From Prorocentrum cordatum (taxonomy: Eukaryota), in contig CAUYUJ010000148.1 of NCBI GenBank assembly GCA_963575745.1, forward strand, positions 496,001 to 560,000: a stretch of 64,000 nt of DNA, in the 5' to 3' direction. The translations under genes were made by a program, and so were the position numbers. The notes below the pieces were generated by a model, which worked only from the letters and a program-made list of their open reading frames with translations, did no database searches and was not told where the DNA came from. Shown piece after piece: positions 1-10,479 of the stretch (within the stretch, counting starts at the first letter, position 1; each line of letters opens with the position of its first letter).

Positions 1-159
1 TTGCGCGAGGCTGCTGCGAGAAGCCTGACGGGGACTGTGACAAGGGAATGTGGCGGCACGCCGCTGTGAGAAGACTTATACGACAACGCTACCCGCGTGA
101 GAAGCTACTGCCGCAGGCAGCGGCCCGCGTGAGGTCACTCGGTCATCCTTCTTCGCATG

Positions 160-305
160 GTGGCTTTGTTTATTATGGTAGTTTGGTTTCTTATGGTAGC
201 TGGGTGTCTTCGGGTAGCTTGGCTTCTCATAGTAGTTTGGTATATTATGGTAGCTGGGTTTCTTATGGTAGAGTAGCCTATCCTGGTAGCTTGGTTTCTT
301 TATCT
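160..305. repeat. 18-bp minisatellite (TGGTAGCTTGGTTTCTTA-like), ~7-8 units
   Basis: Direct inspection. Confidence 0.75.
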
Positions 306-324
306 GGCATCTGTCCTGACATCT

Positions 325-600
325 TCGAGCCCCCACGGAGCTCTAACATGCGATGGCCGAGCTCCCAGGGAGCTCTAACATGGCATGTTAGAGCTCCCAC
401 GGAACTCTAACATACGATGTTAGAGCTCCCAGGGAGCTCTAACATAATCTAACATGCTATGTTAGAGCTCCCTTGGAGTTCTAACATGCGATGTTAGAGC
501 CCCCAGGGAACTCCCACATCATCTAACATGCTATGACAGAGCTCCGTTGGAGCTCTAACATGTCATGTTACAGCTCCCTGGAGCTCTAACATCATCTAAC
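325..600. repeat. Palindromic satellite GGAGCTCTAACAT-N-ATGTTAGAGCTCC, block 1 (further blocks ~1835-2250, 3395-4470, 4880-5345, 12460-12850)
   Basis: Tandem ~30-45-bp self-complementary units containing GAGCTC. Confidence 0.9.
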
Positions 601-875
601 CACCCGAAGGGCCTCAAGAGGAGATCCCAGCAATTCTATCTCCCCACAGGGCCTCAAGAGAGATTGCCGGAAATACCTCGCCCCTCAGGGCGTCAAGAGG
701 AGATCCCAATCTTCAACACACTCATGTTCAGTCCTACGAGATGCAGAACCCCATAAATCGGTTATTCTTTCGAACCGCGTGAGCGCGGCGAAGGAGCCAG
801 CGCGCGAGCCAGGCTGCACGCCTCCGACATCGGCTACCAGACGCCCATGCGAGGTCACTTGTCCTGCTGCTAAGC

Positions 876-1730
876 TCACTGGTCCTGCTGCTTGTCCTGC
901 TGCTTGAGCTCCTCCACTTTCTGATCGAGCTCCTCGACTTTCTTCTGCAGGTCCTGGAGCGCCTGTCCCTGCGCCCGCAGGGTGTCCAGCATCTGATCCA
1001 TCTTCTCGGCCATGTTATGTGCAATAAGGTTTGGAGCAGTCGTGGTCAAGAGATTGAGCATCGAGGTGATAACGGTGGTTGGCCCGTCCTGCTGCTGCTG
1101 CTGCGTAAGCTTCTGCTGCCACTGCTGTGCTCCTGCTGTTGCAGCTCCTGCTGTTGCAGCTCCTGGTGACGCAGCTCTTGAGCTGTTCCAGCTTTTCCAG
1201 GTTCTCTCTCCTGCAGCTGTTCCAGCTTCTTGCTGATGGCCTTCACTTTGCCATTGCTCTCTGCTCTCTCTGCCCTTGAGCTTGGGCTTATTCGACGACC
1301 TCCAATCATCCGCTTCATCGTTTTTCCGCTCCAGGGCGTAGCTCGAGTGGAGCACCGCAGTGTTCATGATCTTAGAGCACCATGCGGCCTTCTCCTCATC
1401 AGAACCCTGTGGACAAGCATTATGCCACCAGAGATGCTTATTCTTTATATTCTTGGTGTGGTCCGCCGAAATCTGGTGCGTCGGGGCTGCCCATTTCTCG
1501 CGCGGCAAACAAAACCACCAGGGCTCCTTAGGTTCTCCACTCTTCTTCGAAACGTACTCGCGAACTTCTAGCCATGGCGCGTCAATGGGTCCAGTGTCAG
1601 GGTCCATGATGACGGTTTCTGGACATGGGCCATGCCTCCCTGCGCTGGCCCCCATTTCTGACATGGCAGCCTGCAGGCGCTGCAAGAAATGCCTTGGGCC
1701 GAGGTGCCTGCGCTACAGGAAAGCTGGGTG
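876..1730 (-). CDS. Uncharacterised ORF copy A: degenerate U1/matrin-like zinc finger plus Gln-rich coiled-coil tail; possibly a TE-borne pseudogene
   Basis: WWFCLPREKWAAPTHQISADHTKN resembles W-x-C-x2-C-x-K...H-x2-S-x2-H with the second Cys replaced by Arg; heptad tail LQDLQKKVEELDQKVEEL; paralogue at 5630-6498. Confidence 0.45.
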
Positions 1731-2239
1731 ATCTGATAAATGGAGCCAAGAGGGGTCCAGGAGGCTATTTTGTGGGTTCCCGAGGGGCAGGGCGATTTGA
1801 AGGATCCCCCTTCTTTGATCGATTTCCCTCACATGGCAGAGCTCCCAGGGAGCTCTAACATGGCATGTTAGAGTTCCCAGGGAGCTCTAACATGGCATGT
1901 TAAAGCTTCAGGGAGGTCGAACAAGCTATGTTAGATCCCCCTGGGAGCTCTAACATAGGACGATCGAGCTCCCGTGGGGCTCTAACATGCTATGTTAGAG
2001 CTCCCGTGGGACTCTACCGTGGCATGGTAGATCTCCCATGGAGCTCGAACATGCGATGTTAGAGCTCCCACGGAGCTGTAACATACGATGTTAGAGCCCC
2101 CAGGGAGCTCTAACATACTCTAACATGCTATGTTAGAGCTCCGTGGGAGCTCCAACATGCCACGTTCGAGCTCCCTGGGAGCCCTAACATGCCATGTTAG
2201 AGCCCCCATGGGGCTGAAAAGATACCATGTTAGAGCGGG

Positions 2240-2373
2240 AGCTCTAACCTACCGCCGCCGCCGCCGCCGCCCCTTGGACGTTTTACAATCGATTGCGCAA
2301 CGGTTAAGACCCCCCTCTCGCCAGGGGGGTCTTAACCGTTGCGAAATCGATTGCGAAACGGTGAAGCGCCGCA

Positions 2374-2406
<33 letters not shown>

Positions 2407-3400
2407 CCTTAACCGTTTCACAATCGATTGCGCAACGGTTAAGACCCCCTCTCGCCAGGGGGGGAGCCTTAACCGTTGCGCAATCCATTGTGAAACGGTT
2501 AAGCGCCGCCGCCGCCGCCCCTCAACCGTTCCACAATCGATTGCGCGGTTAAGGCGCCGCCGCCGCCAAGCGCGCCGCCGCCGCCGCCCGCCCCGCAGCC
2601 GAACCGCACAATCGATGCGCAACGGTTAAGACCCCCCTCTCGCCAGGGGCCTTAACCGTTGCGCAATCGATTGTCAAACGCCGCCCCGCCGCCGCCGCCG
2701 CTGCCGCCGCCGCCCCTTAACCGTTCCACAATCGATTGCGCAACGGTTAAGGCCCCCCTCTCGCCAGGGGGGGGTCTTAACCGTTGCGCGATCGATTGTG
2801 AAACGGTTAAGCCCCCCCCTCTCGCCGGGGGGCCTCAACGCGTTGCGCGATCGATGCGCAACGGTTAGGGCCCCCCCCTCTCGCCAGGGGGGCCTCAACC
2901 GTGCGCGATCGATGCGAAACGGTTAAGGAGCCCCCCTGGCGAGAGGAGGGGGTCTTAACCGTTGCGCGATCGATCGAATCCTGGTTAAGACCCCCCCTCG
3001 CGATAGGGGGTCTTAACCGTTCCGCGATCGATCGCGGAGCGGTTAAGACCCCTATCCGATGGGGGGGTCTTAACCAGGGTTCGATCGTTCGCGCAACGGT
3101 TAAGACCCCCTTCCTCTCGCCAGGGGGGGGTCTTACCCGTTGCGCGATCGATTGCGCAACGGTTAAGGCCCCCCCCCCCCGGCGAGAGGGGGGGGGCCTT
3201 AGACGTTGCGCAATCGATTGTAACACGGTTAAGGCCCCCCCCTCTCGCCAGGGGGGGCCTCAACCGTTGCGCAGTCGATTGTGGCGCGGTCGAGCCCCCC
3301 CCCCCTGGCGAGAGGGGGCGGGGGGGTCTTAACCGTTGCGCAATCGACTGCGAAACGGTTAAGGGGCGGCGGCGGCGGCGGCGGCGGCGGCGGGTTAGAG
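2240..3400. repeat. Foldback-like array of ~18 copies of a 34-bp palindrome (consensus TTAACCGTTGCGCAATCGATTGCGCAACGGTTAA)
   Basis: Units alternate with CCCCCTCTCGCCAGGGGG hairpins or (CCG)n. The block opens with (CCG)n-CCCC and closes with GGGG-(CGG)n. Confidence 0.9.
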
Positions 3401-4470
3401 CCCCCAGGGAGCTCTAACATAGCAAGTTAGAGTACGTTAGAGCTCCCTGGGAGCTGAAACATGTAATGTAAGAGCTCCCAGGGAACTCCCTGGCACCTCT
3501 AACCTAGCATGCTAGACCCCCCAGGGAGCTCTAACATGGCATGATAGAGCTCCAGGGAGCTCTAACATGTTACGTTGGCACTCCCAAGGAGCTCTATCAC
3601 GGCACGTTATATTAGGTTAGAGCTCCCTGGGAGCTCTAACATCGCATGTTAGAGCTCCAAGGGAGCTCTAACATAGCATGATATATTATGTTAGAGCTCC
3701 CTGGGAACTCTAACATCGCATGTTAGAGCTCCGTGGGGGCTCGAACATCGCATGTTCGAACTCCGTGGGACCTCTAATATGTCAGGTTATAGCTCCCTGG
3801 GAGCTGAAACATGTCGTGTAAGAGCTCCCCGGGAACTCCCTAGGTTCTCTAACATGGCATGATAGAGCTCCAGGAAGTTCTAACCTGCTATGTTGGCACT
3901 CCCAGGGCGCTCTAACATGGCATGCTAGGGCGCCCTAACGGAGCTCTAACATAGCATGTTAGAGTATATTAGAGCTCCCTGGGAGCTCTAACATCGTATA
4001 TTAGAGCTCCATTAGAGCTCACATGGAGCTCTAGCATAGCATGTTAGATTATGTTAGAGCTCCCTGGGGGCTGTAACATCGCATGTTAGAGCTCCGTGGG
4101 AGCTCTAACACGGCGGCGGCGGCGGCGGCGGGTAGGTTAGAGCGACCAGGGAGCTCTAACATGCTATGTTAGAGCTCCCATAGTAGAGCTCCCTGGGAGC
4201 TCTAACACAACGAGTTCCAACGGAGCTCTAACATAGCATGTTATATTATGTTAGAGCTCCCTGGGAGCTCTAACATCGTATGTTAGAGCTCCGTGGGAGC
4301 TCTAACATGCTCCAGCATGCTATGTTGGAGCTCCCAGGGAGCTCTAACATGGCTTGTTAGAGCTCCAACGGAGCTCTACCATAGCATGCTAGAGTATGTT
4401 ACAGCTCACTGGGAGCTCTCACATGGCATGTTAGAGCTCCGTGGGAGCTCTAACATGGCATGTTAGAGCT
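3395..4470. repeat. Largest block of the GAGCTCTAAC palindromic satellite
   Basis: Roughly 30 degenerate units. Confidence 0.9.
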
Positions 4471-4831
4471 CCCGGCCTCCTCGTCGGAAGCGGCCCCCTC
4501 GACTGGCTGGGATTAGGGCTGGTTTAGGTTGATGTTTTTGATGTGGTTTTGATGTGATTATGGTCCTTCCTGTTTTTTGTTGTTTTTTTTGATTGTGAGT
4601 ATGACGATGACCTGTTTTTCTGATTGTGATGATGACGATGCTTATGACGATGCAAATGATAATTTCGAATGGCGACTATCCGATCGTACATATACAACCA
4701 ACATCATCTCCATCACCATCATCACCATCATCCATCACCATCATCACCACCATCATCACCATCATCATCATCATCATCACGACGACGACGACGACGATGG
4801 CGGGGGGACGGCATGCGGACGCGCCCAATGG

Positions 4832-4863
<32 letters not shown>

Positions 4864-5629
4864 CGGGGGGGACGGCTCGATGGGAGCTCGAACATGCTAT
4901 GTTAGAGGCCCCATCGAGTATGGGAGGCGACTCTAACATGCTGTTAACATAACAAGTTAGAGTATAGTGGAGCTCCTTGGGAGTTCTAACATCGCATGTT
5001 AGAACTCCGTGGGGCCTCTAACATGTCATGTTAAATATATACAGCTCCCTGGGAGCTGAACCATGTGATGTAAGAGCTCCCATGGAACTCCCTGAAACCT
5101 CTAACCTTGCATGTTAGACCCCCCCAGGGAGCTCTAACATTGCATGTTAGAGCCCCAACGGAGCTCTAACATAGCACGTTCGATTGTATGAGAGCTCCCT
5201 GGAAGCTCTAACGTGGCATGTTAGAGCTCCAGTTGAGCTCTAACATACATAGCATGTGAGATTATGGTAGAGCCCCAATGGAGCTCTAACATCGTATGTT
5301 AGAGCTCCGTGGGAGCTCTAACACGATATGTTAGAACTCCGTGGACGCACGAAGTCAGCGCCTGAAATCAACATAGCAACACCTGCTCCCAAAACGAAGT
5401 AGTCGAGGATCGAGCCCGAGGTGGGGCTCCGACAGGTGGGCGCTGTGGGGGCCATAAGGAGCATACCCTATTTGCGAACAAATCCAGAGCCTTCCAACAC
5501 TTCAACAGCCATATCCCAGCCTCCTGCGCCGCGTCAGCGCGGCGAAAGAGCCAGCACGCGAGCCAGGCTGCACGCCTGCGACATCGGCTACCAGACGCCC
5601 ATGCGAGGTCACTTGTCCTGCTGCTGAGC

Positions 5630-6498
5630 TCACTGGTGCTGCTGTTTGACCTTCTGCTTGAGCTCCTCCACTTTCTGATCGAGCTCCTCGGCTTTCTTCT
5701 GCAGGTTGTCCTGTGCCCGCATGAGAGCCGTGAGCATATGTCCCTGCGCCCGCAGGAGAGCCAGAATATCATCCATCTTCTCGTCCTTGTTCTGTGCGTT
5801 GGTCAAGAAATTGAGCATCGTGGTGATAACGGTGGCTAGCCCGTCCTGCTGCTGCTGCTGCGGAAGCTTCTGATGCCACTGCTGTGCTCCTGCTGCATCA
5901 GCTCCTGCTGTTGCAGCTCCTGAAGACGCAGCTCTTGGGCTGTTCCAGCTTGTCCAGTTGTTCTTCCCCCCTGCAGCTGTTCCAGCTTCTTGCTGATGGC
6001 CTTCACTTTGCCATTGCTCTCCTCTGCCCTCTCTGGCCTTGGCCTTGGCCTTCTTCGTCGACCTCCAGTCCTCCGCTTCATCGTCTTCCCGCTTCTGGGC
6101 GTAGCTCGAGTGGAGCTCCGCAGTGCTCATGATGGTAGAGCACCATGCGGTCTTGTCCTCATCAGAACCCTGTGGGCAAGCATCATGGAACCATAGATGT
6201 TTATTCTTTACATTCTTGATGTGGTCCTGCGAAATCTGGTACGTCGGGGCTGCCCATTTGCCGCGCGGTGAACAAAACCACCAGGGCTCATTATGTTCTC
6301 CACTCGTCTTCGAAACGTACTCCATAACTTGTAGCCATGGAGCATCAATGCGTCCAGCGTCAGGGTCCATGATGATGGTTTCTGGACAGGGGCCAGGAGG
6401 CCCCCCTGCGCTGCCCCCCCCAGGTTTGGCATGGCAGCCTGCAGGCGCTGCAAGAAATGCCTTGAGCCGAGGTGCTTGCGCTGCAGGAAAGCTGGGTG
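5630..6498 (-). pseudogene. Uncharacterised ORF copy B (paralogue of 876-1730), frameshifted near 6400-6420
   Basis: Colinear with copy A (MDPD..IDAPWL...WWFC.PR.KWAAPT...ACPQGSDE). The upstream LQRLQAAM lies in a different frame from PCPETIIMDPD. Confidence 0.45.
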
Positions 6499-6499
6499 C

Positions 6500-7500
6500 G
6501 CTCTACTACTGCAGCGGCTGTCGCAGCGGCTGTCGCAGCGGCTGTCGCAGCGGCTGTTGCAGCGGCTGTTGCAGCGGCTGTTGCAGCGGCTGTTGCAGCG
6601 GCTGTTGCAGCGGCTGTTGCAGCGGCTGTTGTTGCAGCGGCTGTTGTTGCAGCGGCTGTTTTTGCAGCTGCTGTTTTTGCAGCGGCTGTTGCAGCGGCTG
6701 TTGCAGCGGCTGTTGCAGCGGCTGTTGCAGCGGCTGTTGCAGCGGCTGCTGCAGCGGCTGTTGCAACGGCTGTTTCAGCGGCTGTTGCAGCGTACTGGCG
6801 AGTCTGTCACTTCTGCATCGCAGCCTCAGTCGTCCCAGAGGTGAGGTCAAAACGGGAGATCGCCCTCGCGCTCGCCAGTTTCTGGGTTGAGCTCTACTAC
6901 TGCAGCGACTGTTGCAGCGGCTGTTGCAGCGGCTGTTGCAGCGGCTGTTGCAGCGGCTGCTGCAGCGGCTGTTGCAGCGGCTGTTGCAGCGGCTGTTGCA
7001 GCGGCTGTTGCAGCGGCTGTGCAGCGGCTGTTGCAGCGGCTGTTGCAGCGGCTGTTGCAGCGGCTGCTGCAGCGGCTGTTGCAGCGGCTGTTGCAGCGGC
7101 TGTTGCAGCGGCTGTTGCAGCGGCTGTTGCAGCGGCTGTTGCAGCGGCTGTTGCAGCGGCTGTTGCAGCGTAGTGGCGATTCTGCCACTTCTGCATCGCA
7201 GCCTCAGTCGCCCCAGAGGTGAGGTCGAAACGGGAGATCGTCCTCACGCTCGCCAGTTTCTGGGTTGAGCTCTACTACTGCAGCGGCTGTTGCAGCGGCT
7301 GTTGCAGCGGCTTTTGCAGCGGCTGTTGCAGCGGCTGTTGTTGCAGCGGCTGTTGTTGCAGCGGCTGTTTTTTGCAGCGGCTGTTGCAGCGGCTGCTGCA
7401 GCGGCTGTTGCAGCGGCTGTTGCAGCGGCTGCTGCAGCGGCTGTTGCAGCGGCTGTTGCAGCGCACTGGCGATTCTGTCACTTCTGCATCGCAGCCTCAG
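6500..7500. repeat. Three higher-order units: (TTGCAGCGGCTG)n 12-bp array plus a ~110-bp conserved linker
   Basis: Linker ...CACTTCTGCATCGCAGCCTCAGTCG..AGAGGTGAGGTC..TTCTGGGTTGAGCTCTACTAC at ~6790-6900, ~7170-7278 and partially at ~7462-7500. Confidence 0.85.
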
Positions 7501-7581
7501 CCGCCCCCACCACGCACCACGTCTGGGTAGTGGCCACTGCACGCACGAGACAGCGGAGCTGGGCAGCTTCGCAAATGGCGC

Positions 7582-7962
7582 TCATAATGTCCTACAGACA
7601 TATAGGGAGCTGCATGCGCAGTGCCTGACCGCAAGCCCCTGCTGCGACGCGACCTTGTTGTCAGCGCGGGGGAAGTGCGCGATCACATGCTTCTCAACCT
7701 CTCCGCATTGTTTGTCGGGGAAGGACGCGACCACTTGCATCTCATCGTAGCTGAGCTTGTGCCCGCGCATGAAGCTTCGGTCGTTTCCTCGCCACCCCCA
7801 TCCTCCATTCCATCGCCATGAAGGGTCGCTCGTCGTGCCGATGTAGACGGAGCGCCCAGAGGCGATGGCACGATCGTGGAGGTGCCGCGCGCGCTTCATC
7901 ACTTGACCATCGTCGATTCGATGAGGGGCTGGTGTACAAACATCGACTGCATGCCGCGACAA
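7582..7962 (-). CDS. GIY-YIG-like endonuclease domain, probably the frameshifted 3' part of a longer ORF (7899-8739)
   Basis: SVYIGTTSDPSWRW...GH..SYDEMQVV...EVEKHVI...DN...GL gives YIG (7837-7845), Arg, His, Glu and Asn in the canonical GIY-YIG order; no clear GIY triplet. Confidence 0.55.
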   Translation of the reverse strand: MSRHAVDVCTPAPHRIDDGQVMKRARHLHDRAIASGRSVYIGTTSDPSWRWNGGWGWRGNDRSFMRGHKLSYDEMQVVASFPDKQCGEVEKHVIAHFPRADNKVASQQGLAVRHCACSSLYVCRTL

Positions 7963-10479
7963 TCACTAAGCACCTGTCGAGCGTCCTCCCGGGCGCCTTC
8001 CCACATCATCTTAAGCCGCGTCTCTCGGCTGCGCGAGCGCATGCGACGTCTGGCAGGCGCTGCCACTCTTTTGCCGTAGTCGTCGAAACAGGCGACCTTC
8101 GCGAACTGATATGCGCTGCCGCCATCGACCCCTGCAAAGGCCCTCGGGCTCCGAACTCCAGAGGCCTCGTCGCCACCGTCGCCGCATCCTGCTCGGCCCT
8201 CGACAGCGTCGGTAGGCGGTCCCCCGCGTGAAAGGTCGAGCCCCAGGCGATCTGTGATGAACGAAAATGTGCCATTGTTCCCCTTGCCCATGCCACCACC
8301 ATTGACGCCCTCGGCGCTGATGGCGCCATTGGCCATGACCTTGACCTTGACGTTCACGCCGCAAGGCCCTCGAGCTGCTCCGCCGTCTCCGACGCTGCCT
8401 GGAGGAAGCGACGATGCTGATGCTGGATGCACCTGCGCTGGATAGGGCGATGCTGTCTGGATCTCGCAGGCCCTTATCTCTGGAGGCGATGCCGACGGCT
8501 CTTGCAAGCCCTTCTCTGGAGGAAGCGATGCTGTCTGGATCTCGCGCTGCTCTGCGGGTGCCGCCAGCGGCGCCCACGCCCGCTGCAAAACCTCCCTGGT
8601 TGGCTTGTTGCGGACTCGCAGCGGCGGCGGCCACGGCCCGAACGTCCACGGCAACTCTGGCTTCAACATGGAGCGTCATACCTTCAGTGGCCTCGTCATC
8701 CGAGCCGCCGAACATGTCTCGCAGAAGGCAGACAGACACCGACTGCGAGTCCGCGCTGGGAGACCCCTAGGATGAGGTGCTGAATAAAAGATCCCCCATG
8801 GCTCTTGCCCCAGCCGCGGGGAACTAGCTTGGGCCAATATGCCAGGATGATGTAAGGATGCGAATCCTGTCGCGGATCTGCTGGGGTGCTCGGGGCTCTG
8901 TGGGGTCCTGGGCGTGGTGCCCTTGGGCCCTAGGGCCCTCTCTGGCGGCCTCTTCCTCCTCGCTTGCTGCGCCCAGCTGGTGGCGACCAGGGGGGTACTG
9001 GGCACCAGAAAGCCGAAGGCTAGAGGCTAGAACAATTCGAACCAGGCAGCCCAAGCATCCAAGCGCCTAGCGCCTAGCGGCCTGGAGAGTGAGACAATCT
9101 GCGTAAGGAACGCAGTTGATCTGGATACGGGCGTCTTTCTCCTCATCTGTGAGCTCAGGGATGCATGGGAGAGCCTGCGCTCGCTGTTCCAGCCATGCGC
9201 AGCACATGCGCAGAGCCCCATCGGGGGCCCATTCCCACTCGCGCGAGTGACAGATGCTCTCGCGGGCACCTTAGCTCAGAGCGTGATGCGCTCCACCCCC
9301 CTCCTCCCACCTGGACTCCTCCTCCTGCTCCTCCTCCTAGCCTCGTCCTCCTCGTCATCGTCGTCCTGGTCCCCCCACGTGGGCCTGCGGGGGCGCCGCG
9401 GCCGCCCGCGGCAGCGCCGCCCGCCACCAGGGACCTGGGGGGTGGGGAGGCGCAGGAGCTGTTGCAGCGGAAGCGCAGCAGACGGCGAGAGGAGACGAGT
9501 CGGAGAAGCTCGCCGTTTTGTTGTCACGCTTCTCTGCATAAACAGCTGTCCCTACGATGCCTGGCCCTATCGAACCTCGGGCGCACGCCCGCATGCCTAT
9601 CACTAGGGGCCTAGTGGACAGGCTTCTGCACGCCGAGAGACGGAGGGCGGCGCTCCTCTGGGGAGAGCTTGAAAGGGAAACTACACATTACCTGCCTCCA
9701 TCACGACAAGGGCGGCACGCCGAACGGAGGCGATGTTGCAGCGGAGCGCTGGCCAAAAAGACTCTGATGATTCCGCGCAACCGTCCCCATCCCAGCCCCT
9801 TCCCATTCCCCTCACCACTGCCATCCCCCTGAGTAAGTCAACTGGCAACCTGAGGCCAGCGAGCTGGATGCCAGGGTCCCTGAACGAGTGGCACGCTCCT
9901 AAGATGAGACGCACGAGAGGACAATACCACACACAATACATATACTTCGCGTTGATCTGTGTGCTAATCATATACAAACACACGCACACACACACACACA
10001 CACACACCTCAGTCGCGCAGCCGGCTCAGCATCAAGGAAAAACGCAAGACAAACCCAGTCCGCACAGCGTCAAAGCGTATGCGGCGGGCCGCACAGGCGT
10101 GCCACTGTTACAGTATAAAGCAAACTTCAGGTCACCCGCGCCGAAGGGTATCTGACAGACAGCCACCACCCGACGCGACTGGAAGCACTTCGCCGACCGG
10201 GTCAGGCGCTCGAGAACTTGCGGTGTTCAGTCATGCTAGCCGCCCACAACCCCACTCGAAATGTGTGCGAGGGTGCCGCGTACTCGAATTGCGTGCGCAT
10301 CTGTTGCATAGCGGAAGGCAGGGCTCATCCGAGAGGCGCATCTGTGCAGGTCGGCCAAAACTGGCGCTGACAGAAGCAATCCCTAAACCAGAACTGGCGT
10401 GTCGCAGTCGACTGTTGCAGTCTACCAGAAGCGCGCTCGGAGAGGCCCCGCGATTTACGGCGACAGTCTGTGCAAGCTG

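Noticed and set aside
2270..3365. CRISPR-like array of 34-bp palindromic repeats
   Set aside because: Spacers are not unique (recurrent hairpin or (CCG)n), no cas genes are seen, and the context is eukaryotic.
4511..4530. Telomeric repeat (TTAGGG/TTTAGG)
   Set aside because: Isolated units inside a dispersed repeat, not an array.
6123..7630. Metallothionein-like (CCSG)n or antifreeze-like (AAAT)n proteins
   Set aside because: A 12-bp repeat read in alternative frames; no evidence favouring any one frame.
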